A stretch of DNA of 64,000 bases, from the IMG/VR virus record IMGVR_UViG_3300010163_000009, positions 32,001 to 96,000 of that record. The stretch is one strand, 5' to 3'. The stretch comes from a virus. Lineage: Duplodnaviria > Caudoviricetes. Shown here piece after piece: positions 57,554-64,000 of the stretch. Below the pieces are notes generated by a model, which saw only the letters and a program-made list of their open reading frames with translations, was not told the origin of the DNA and made no database searches. Each line of letters begins with the position of its first letter. Within the stretch, counting starts at the first letter, position 1. The translations under genes and the position numbers were made by a program.

Positions 57554-58167
57554 ATGTCGATTGCCTTCCAGAAGTCATAGCCCGCAGAACAGCTCTCTTC
57601 AATAAATACATTCGTCCTTTCTCCAATATGATATTCAAGTTATGCAAGGATTACAGTTGGAGACCTCAGAATGTTGAAGAGAACTATTCTGAGGTTATGG
57701 TAAACTTCTATCGCAGAATAGAGACCTACGATACAAATCGGCCAATAAAAGCATGGATTCATACTTGTGTTAAACATCAGGTTTGGGCGTGCGAGCGTCA
57801 ACGTCAAGCTCATAATAACAAGAGCGATGACCTTGACATCGAGGATTATAAAGACGACATATTGGACGATGAACACGTAAGTGGGAATGTATTAGGCATA
57901 GACAACTGGCGGGAGCATTATAATTCCGACATCATAGAGGTTCTTGAGGAGTTGAAACCGCGCCACCGTGACGCACTTATACTCCAAGAAGCTGGGTATT
58001 CGCTTAAAGAAATTGCGGAAATTGAATATGCTAAAGGGTCGTTAAAAACGCCAAATATAGAAACGATTAAAAGCCGGCTAAGGTTGGCAAGACAACATCT
58101 AAAAAACAATATCACTAAAGATGGTCAACGAATATCTTATAAAACAGACATTGAAGATGTTCCATGA
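57517..58167 (+). CDS. Phage-encoded ECF-type sigma-70 factor
   Basis: Region 2-like (FNKYIRP...YDTNRPIKAWIHT) and region 4-like (LKPRHRDALIL..AGYSLKEIA...TIKSRLRLARQHL). Confidence 0.85.
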   Translation: MGTKVHLTEQKVDVDCLPEVIARRTALFNKYIRPFSNMIFKLCKDYSWRPQNVEENYSEVMVNFYRRIETYDTNRPIKAWIHTCVKHQVWACERQRQAHNNKSDDLDIEDYKDDILDDEHVSGNVLGIDNWREHYNSDIIEVLEELKPRHRDALILQEAGYSLKEIAEIEYAKGSLKTPNIETIKSRLRLARQHLKNNITKDGQRISYKTDIEDVP

Positions 58168-58708
58168 GATTGCAATCAAACTCATACATCCAGGCTATCG
58201 ATTTCCACAAGGAGGGGAACCGACAAGAATCATGCGTACAGCCCTTCAGAGAATAGAGAAAAAACATGGTGTGCTTACCGCACAAAGAATAATTGATTAT
58301 GTGGTATGCTCGTCCTATGCTTTCAAAGACAGAGGCTCTAATTGGAAATTGAATCAAGTGTTTGGTCCCAAATCTATTGAACGTTTCAATTCAGACAAAG
58401 GCAGGGTATATTTTGAAAATAAATGGCTGGAGTCTGAAGGGCTCAGTCGTTCATCATTGCTCAATATGATTATTGACCGCAGTGAACACCCAAAAGCAAA
58501 GTTCATTTTCATCCCCAGTGAAGAAGGTACAAAACAACGGCTTCTTAATAGAAATGTAGGATTTGTCGTGTGCCAGACATCTACCCTTGGGTGGTCTCCA
58601 TTGTCAACAGCATGTTCAGAGTGCGTATTCGTGGAAAAATGTAAAACAGAAACTCAAAAAAAATATCCGGAAATATTCCGATTAAGAATAGAATATGTCA
58701 GCAAGTAA
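58121..58708 (+). CDS. Hypothetical protein with C-terminal Cys cluster
   Basis: 195 aa; C...CSEC...C; overlaps helicase start. Confidence 0.6.
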   Translation: MVNEYLIKQTLKMFHEIAIKLIHPGYRFPQGGEPTRIMRTALQRIEKKHGVLTAQRIIDYVVCSSYAFKDRGSNWKLNQVFGPKSIERFNSDKGRVYFENKWLESEGLSRSSLLNMIIDRSEHPKAKFIFIPSEEGTKQRLLNRNVGFVVCQTSTLGWSPLSTACSECVFVEKCKTETQKKYPEIFRLRIEYVSK

Positions 58709-60041
58709 TAAAACAAACGTTCTTTCTGAAGCTTTCATCGAAGACTTATTCGTCACATGTATTGAAGACAGCTACATTCTTTCGATGGTATGCGAGCATT
58801 TGGAAGAAGAACACCTTCCAGATCGCAATACAGCGGCTGTTCTAAAGGCTTTCAAGGAATACTATAGAACTTACCGGAGAGTTCCAAATTATTCTATAAT
58901 CCAACAAAAACTCGCCGGTAAGAATGGTGCTCTTAGATTTTGGGAAGAGGCGTATGACAATGGGGAAGCATTTGCTACCGATGAATGTCTTGGTCTGTTG
59001 GAAGAATATCTGAAACGTGTCGAGTTCCAGAAAATGTATAAAAAGGTCGGAGAAATATATAATCGTGAAGGATTGGAAAATGCCCAGCTAATGCTTTCTA
59101 AACATGTAGATTGGATGAGAACATTTTCCTTGACGGAATCGACATATACTGACGTGATTGATACATTCATTACCCGGCATATCCAGAATCGGGCAAAAAA
59201 CAATGCGCGTGGAGCAATCAGGGCTATTACTCGATTCTATATCGATGAGTTGGATAACCTTAATCAAGACAGAGACCTTCGTGGGCAGTTATCTTGTATT
59301 TTGGCTCCGACTGGCGTAGGTAAAAGCCATGCCTCACGTTGGATTGGTTCACAGGCTTGCATTGACGGCTTTAATGTTCTTCATTTTCAGTTGGAAGGCA
59401 GTCGAGAAGAAGTCGAAAACGCTTACTCGGCAGCGTTGGTTGCTTGTAACGCTTACAGCTATGAGAAAGGGTTTATCAAGGACAAGGATATGGATGTCTT
59501 CGCTAAAGAAATTGAGGATATTGCCGGTAAATTGTTTGTAAGAAGTTACCCTAAATTCAATCAGCACGTTTCCACAATCAATATTAAAGAAGCCATTGCT
59601 GAATTTCGTAAAAACTACAATGTCAAGCCTGATATAGTCATCATTGACTCTATGGACTTGCTGACAGATTCTTCAGGACGAAAATATGGAGATAGTGGAG
59701 AGCGTTTGAAACGTATCGCAGTGGCCAATGACCTTAAAGATATTGCCAGTGAAGAAGAAGTCTGGGTGGTGGTTACATATCAGGCCCGCATTGAAAACCC
59801 TGATTGGGTGAATGATGAGAAAAACGTACTGACGGAGTATTTTTCTTCGGAAGCGAAAGGCATAGCTCAGCCACTGACTCACTTGATTACCCTTAATCAA
59901 TCAGCTAATGAACGCAGGGAAAAGACAATGAGAATACACGTGGCCAAAAGCAGATTCTTCCCCAAAGGAGATACGATTAAAATCGCCACTGATTATGACC
60001 ATGAAAGATTTTTTGACCGGACCAGAACAGCTAATCTTTAA
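58695..60041 (+). CDS. Replicative helicase (DnaB/T4 gp41-like)
   Basis: Walker A APTGVGKS, FQLE, IIDSMDL, TYQ, VAKSR. Confidence 0.9.
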   Translation: MSASNKTNVLSEAFIEDLFVTCIEDSYILSMVCEHLEEEHLPDRNTAAVLKAFKEYYRTYRRVPNYSIIQQKLAGKNGALRFWEEAYDNGEAFATDECLGLLEEYLKRVEFQKMYKKVGEIYNREGLENAQLMLSKHVDWMRTFSLTESTYTDVIDTFITRHIQNRAKNNARGAIRAITRFYIDELDNLNQDRDLRGQLSCILAPTGVGKSHASRWIGSQACIDGFNVLHFQLEGSREEVENAYSAALVACNAYSYEKGFIKDKDMDVFAKEIEDIAGKLFVRSYPKFNQHVSTINIKEAIAEFRKNYNVKPDIVIIDSMDLLTDSSGRKYGDSGERLKRIAVANDLKDIASEEEVWVVVTYQARIENPDWVNDEKNVLTEYFSSEAKGIAQPLTHLITLNQSANERREKTMRIHVAKSRFFPKGDTIKIATDYDHERFFDRTRTANL

Positions 60042-60056
60042 TATACGGAGGTGTTT

Positions 60057-61103
60057 ATGTATATCAGCAAAGAGGATAAGGAATATTTGATACGTGAGCT
60101 TCAAACGGAGCTTCATGCAAGATTGGATGGAGGTCGTAAAAATCTGATTGTACCCGAATGTATGTGGTGCGGAAAGACCGGTGGCAAACTTGGAATTTAC
60201 GTTGGTCCCGAAAAGAATGGAAAAATCTTTGGGATGGCTCATTGCTTTTCTTGTGGTAGGACTTGTAAAGATCTCAACCGATTTGTAGATGAGATTGGTC
60301 GTTCAGACCTACAAATTCAAGATACAGTTAAATTTACTCCAGTGGAAGTACCTGAGTTCTTCAATCTGGAAGAAGATGAAATTGACGATGAGTTAGTGGT
60401 CGTGGAGATGCCAGAGTCATGGAAACGATGCTTTAAAAATTCATATTTGAAGTCTCGTGGCTTTACAGCTGATGACTATGCTTATTTCCCAGTTGGAACC
60501 ACTCGCGGTTTGAATTTCAAGTTCGATGATTATGTGGTTTTTCCTATTTATGATGAAGGTGATATAGTAGGATATGTTTCACGTCACGTTTGGAGCAAGG
60601 CTGACATTGACGAATATAACGATAGAGCAAAACGTAACGGCAAATACCAAATTCGCAGATACAATAACAGCATTGAAAACGATTTTGTCAAGCTATTATA
60701 CAATTATGATTCTGTGATAGAAGACGAGACAGACACTGTAATATTGGTTGAGGGTATATTTGATGTCATTGCCCTTACCCGAAAACTCGACTTGTATGAC
60801 AATCATCGAATTGTAGCTGTCTGTACGTTTGGAAAGAAAATAAGTGACACCCAAATTTACAAGCTTCAAAGCAAGGGTGTTCGTGACATTATTATAGGTT
60901 ACGATGCCGATGCGTCTGACGCAATTAATGTAGCCGCCGACAAATTGAATGAGTATTTTGACAATGTAATGATTGCCAAACTCGTAGGAGAAGGTAAGGA
61001 TTTTGATGATGCTGACTTTTGGGACATCTACGATACCTTTTCAGAATCTCTTTTTACTCCAATCGAATATAAATTGAGTAACGTAGATGGCAAAATCAGA
61101 TAG
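60057..61103 (+). CDS. DNA primase (Zn finger + TOPRIM)
   Basis: CMWC...HCFSC, YLKSRG, EGIFD, YDAD. Confidence 0.9.
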   Translation: MYISKEDKEYLIRELQTELHARLDGGRKNLIVPECMWCGKTGGKLGIYVGPEKNGKIFGMAHCFSCGRTCKDLNRFVDEIGRSDLQIQDTVKFTPVEVPEFFNLEEDEIDDELVVVEMPESWKRCFKNSYLKSRGFTADDYAYFPVGTTRGLNFKFDDYVVFPIYDEGDIVGYVSRHVWSKADIDEYNDRAKRNGKYQIRRYNNSIENDFVKLLYNYDSVIEDETDTVILVEGIFDVIALTRKLDLYDNHRIVAVCTFGKKISDTQIYKLQSKGVRDIIIGYDADASDAINVAADKLNEYFDNVMIAKLVGEGKDFDDADFWDIYDTFSESLFTPIEYKLSNVDGKIR

Positions 61104-62820
61104 AATAACAGAGCTATATGAATGGCTTGAAAAGAATAAAATCAAGTACATTCTGGTGGATTCGGACGTGATTGATATTCCTGGTTTTGGGAAAGCTTAC
61201 TTCCAAGACACACAGCGTTCAACCTATAATTCCATTTTCCGCAAAGACGTGGACGGCAATTTTATTTTTAATAGCATGGTACGTCCAGAAGAATTGCTGA
61301 ACGATGGAATTGAAAATATCGTGTTCAAATTTGGCAATAACTTTTACTACCACAATCTCAACCAAGATTTTAAACTGAATATCTTGAAATATGTTGGTGA
61401 ACGTACTCCGCTTCGGCATAATATTCCATTTGTTAACCTTGGAGTGCATACCCCCTTTGAACTTCTGAACGGAAGTTTTATGCCGGATGAATGGATTCGC
61501 AAAGCAAAATACCTTGGACACACTGCACTTGGAATCTGTGATTACAATACGATGGCCGCTTGCTTTATCTTCCAAAAAGAATGTGACGCAGCCGGAATCA
61601 AACCAGTGTTCGGGTATTCACTTACTGTGGAAGCCGAAGATTTCAAGTTTGGAGCAAAGGTCTATGTCCAGACACAACGTGGTTTCCGTAATTTGCTGAG
61701 GATTCAAAAAGCCATTATGGTTGATAATGTAGAAAATAAAACCATTGACATATCTGAACTTCTTAATCGGGCTGAAGGAAACGTGCTGGTGCTGGACAAA
61801 TACGCACCCACTTCTTTTGTAGAAAATGAGGACGTGGTTTCTATATTGAGTAAGGATTTTGACGCTATTTACTATCAAGTCGATTTATCTGAATACAAAG
61901 CAGAGCGTATTGATATTAAAATTTTAGAAGCGACCAAGAAATACTTCCATGAATGGTATGGTAATCCTCAAATGCCGAGACCGGTTCTCCTCAGTGACGC
62001 ATATTATTTGGATGTTGATGACGCTAAAAACAAAATCATTCTTAATAAGGTCGCTGAAGGTGCAGCACATGAGCAAAGCAACGACCAATATTTTAAGGAC
62101 GCAGACGAGCATTATGCTTTATTTGAAGCATTGTTTGGAGAAGACTGGGATATAGAAGAACTATTTCGTGAGTGCGCAGAAAATACATTCGCTATTGCAA
62201 ATAACGCCAAAGGTCGTATGGACACTACCAGAAACTATATGCCAAAGTATGATATGACGGAAGTGGAGCGGGAAAAGTATGGTACCACTCACAATATGTT
62301 CAATCAACTTTTGGAAGAAGGTCTTCAGCGTTTGGCCCCTAAAGATAAGATTGAGCAATACAGGAAGCAAATGGAATATGAGAAGTACATTATCGAATCT
62401 ACTGATAATGTGGATTATTTGCTGGTGCAATACGATACTTGTAACTGGGCACGTAAGAACAACATCTTTGTAGGATGTGGTCGTGGCTCAGCAGCGGGCT
62501 CGCTACTTCTCTATTTGCTGGGCATTACGCTTATCGATCCTATCAAATACAATCTCATCTTTGAGCGTTTCTTGCTACCTGAGCGTGCCGGGCTATCCCA
62601 GGCAGACACTACCATTATCGGTAACGATATTGATTCTAACCATTATATTGAACTCACATTGGATAATAGTAAAACTATTATGGTTGATGTCGATGCTGAA
62701 TTTATGGTTAGGAGATACGGCGAACAAGAACCTGTCAGGGTTTATGCCGATGAATTACAGAAAGATGATGATATTATCTTTGATAACAAAGACATTCTTT
62801 TCACAATCAACGAGTTATAA
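61087..62820 (+). CDS. dnaE: DNA polymerase III alpha, N-terminal fragment of a split DnaE with intein-like C-terminal tail
   Basis: PHP-like domain, GRGSAAGSL, DPIKYNLIFERFLLPER, then 77 non-DnaE residues and stop; no PDIDxD. Confidence 0.85.
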   Translation: MAKSDRITELYEWLEKNKIKYILVDSDVIDIPGFGKAYFQDTQRSTYNSIFRKDVDGNFIFNSMVRPEELLNDGIENIVFKFGNNFYYHNLNQDFKLNILKYVGERTPLRHNIPFVNLGVHTPFELLNGSFMPDEWIRKAKYLGHTALGICDYNTMAACFIFQKECDAAGIKPVFGYSLTVEAEDFKFGAKVYVQTQRGFRNLLRIQKAIMVDNVENKTIDISELLNRAEGNVLVLDKYAPTSFVENEDVVSILSKDFDAIYYQVDLSEYKAERIDIKILEATKKYFHEWYGNPQMPRPVLLSDAYYLDVDDAKNKIILNKVAEGAAHEQSNDQYFKDADEHYALFEALFGEDWDIEELFRECAENTFAIANNAKGRMDTTRNYMPKYDMTEVEREKYGTTHNMFNQLLEEGLQRLAPKDKIEQYRKQMEYEKYIIESTDNVDYLLVQYDTCNWARKNNIFVGCGRGSAAGSLLLYLLGITLIDPIKYNLIFERFLLPERAGLSQADTTIIGNDIDSNHYIELTLDNSKTIMVDVDAEFMVRRYGEQEPVRVYADELQKDDDIIFDNKDILFTINEL

Positions 62821-62822
62821 TT

Positions 62823-64000
62823 ATGGAATTGACAGAAGAAATGAGTCGTGCGTTTCAAATCATAGAAGAAACGACAGACAGCCTTTTCATCACCGGAAAG
62901 GCTGGAACCGGGAAGACTACATTCCTGAAGTACATAGTTGAACACACCCACAAAAATATCATTGTGGCTGCATCAACTGGAATAGCAGCTATAAATGCGG
63001 GAGGTGTGACGTTGCATAGTTTGTTTGGAATCCCGTTTGAACTGCAAGGACCTAACACTCCGATTAAAGGAAAACTGTATCAAGATAAATTTGAGCTATT
63101 TGGTAAACTTGATACCATTATCATTGATGAGGCAAGCATGGTTCGTCCGGATGTTCTGGATTATGTGGATCGTAAGCTGAGGCTCTACCGGATGAATGAA
63201 TTACCATTTGGAGGTGTTCAGGTTGTGTTGTTCGGAGATTTGTTCCAGTTGCCGCCTGTCATTAAAAAAAACGAAGAAGTTATTTTGCATCAGTGGTATC
63301 GAGGCAATTATTTCTTTCATTCTCATGCACTGAGAGAGTCAGGTTTCCAGATTGTCGAACTTACCAAAGTGTTTCGTCAAAGGGATGAGCGCTTCGTGAA
63401 TATGTTGAACCGCATACGGGAATACCAACTTCTTCCTATGGATATTGATGACCTCAGTGAATTACGTGATAACCGTGAGAGCAAAGATTTCACAACACAA
63501 GCCATTCATATTTGTTCTTTGCGCCGTGATGCAGACAGAATCAATAATCAAATGATTGGAGAAGCCACACACACATTCCCAGCAGAGTTCAAAGATGCTT
63601 TTAACCCCAAGAATGCTCCATGCGACTTGAATTTGAAGCTGCGTGAAGGTGCACGAGTTATGACACTTGTGAATGACAACCAACAAGGATTTTATAATGG
63701 CTCTATGGGTACTGTTAGCTGGATAAGTACGACAAAAATAGGAGTGCTATTGGATGCCGGACATGAAGTTATTATTGAACCATTTACTTGGATTGATCGT
63801 GAATATAAAGTTAATGGAAATGAAATAAAAACGATTGAAAAGGGAAGCTGTAGGCAATTCCCCCTTACCCTTGGATGGGCTATTACAATCCATAAAAGCC
63901 AGGGGCTGACATTTGACAATGTGGTTATTCATTGCCCTTATGTATTTGCCCCTGGAATGTTATATGTTGCACTTAGCCGATGTACTTCAATGGAAGGAAT
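62823..64000 (+). CDS. Pif1/RecD-like SF1B helicase (3'-truncated by window; absent from ORF track)
   Basis: MELTEEMSRAF...FITGKAGTGKT, ASTGIAA, IIDEASM, FGDLFQLPP, FRQ, WAITIHKSQG, YVALSR. Confidence 0.92.
   Translation, partial: MELTEEMSRAFQIIEETTDSLFITGKAGTGKTTFLKYIVEHTHKNIIVAASTGIAAINAGGVTLHSLFGIPFELQGPNTPIKGKLYQDKFELFGKLDTIIIDEASMVRPDVLDYVDRKLRLYRMNELPFGGVQVVLFGDLFQLPPVIKKNEEVILHQWYRGNYFFHSHALRESGFQIVELTKVFRQRDERFVNMLNRIREYQLLPMDIDDLSELRDNRESKDFTTQAIHICSLRRDADRINNQMIGEATHTFPAEFKDAFNPKNAPCDLNLKLREGARVMTLVNDNQQGFYNGSMGTVSWISTTKIGVLLDAGHEVIIEPFTWIDREYKVNGNEIKTIEKGSCRQFPLTLGWAITIHKSQGLTFDNVVIHCPYVFAPGMLYVALSRCTSMEG

Noticed and set aside
61087-62820. dnaE as a simple frameshifted pseudogene
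   Set aside because: No DnaE continuation is evident downstream; the ORF ends with a coherent tail and is followed 2 bp later by an intact helicase gene
1-64000. Numerous short antisense/overlapping ORFs in the track (e.g. 2096..2545, 5762..6256, 32799..33416, 34299..34925); tRNA/rRNA genes
   Set aside because: These ORFs are shadows of long, motif-bearing genes with no independent signals; no tRNA or rRNA was recognised, though a covariance-model scan was not run

Overview
The window is an internal 64-kb piece of a large tailed (contractile-tail, myovirus-like) dsDNA phage or phage-plasmid. The host is probably an anaerobic Bacteroidota: there are TAnnTTTG/TTTG promoters with 19-bp spacing and a class III RNR. 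Left part (minus strand): a winged-helix initiator-like gene carrying ten ~16-bp iteron-like palindromes plus an AT-rich tract, its short paralog, a catalytic-domain-only tyrosine recombinase, NAD-dependent ligase and dUTPase. Centre (9.1-47.8 kb, plus strand): portal, gpF-like minor head protein, Clp-type protease/scaffold, capsid, sheath, tube, chaperone, tape measure, baseplate and fibre genes. A complete diversity-generating retroelement sits within it (2184-aa target with VR, hairpin, Avd, TR, RT; 15/15 VR-TR mismatches at TR adenines). Right part: ThyX, NrdDG, SSB, SbcCD-like nuclease, RuvC, an ECF-like sigma factor, DnaB, primase, the N-half of a split DnaE and a Pif1-like helicase. Less obvious signals read directly from the DNA: (1) a slippery heptamer plus hairpin that would fuse portal to the gpF-like protein by -1 frameshifting; (2) DnaE broken just before its catalytic motif and capped by a degenerate intein-like tail; (3) a bipartite TTTCACCC-N18-CTATTCTT motif before structural operons, a candidate promoter for the phage sigma factor; (4) a tail-chaperone -1 frameshift; (5) a shared ~30-bp operator-like element near host-type promoters. 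Family assignments come from motif recognition by eye; no database search was run.
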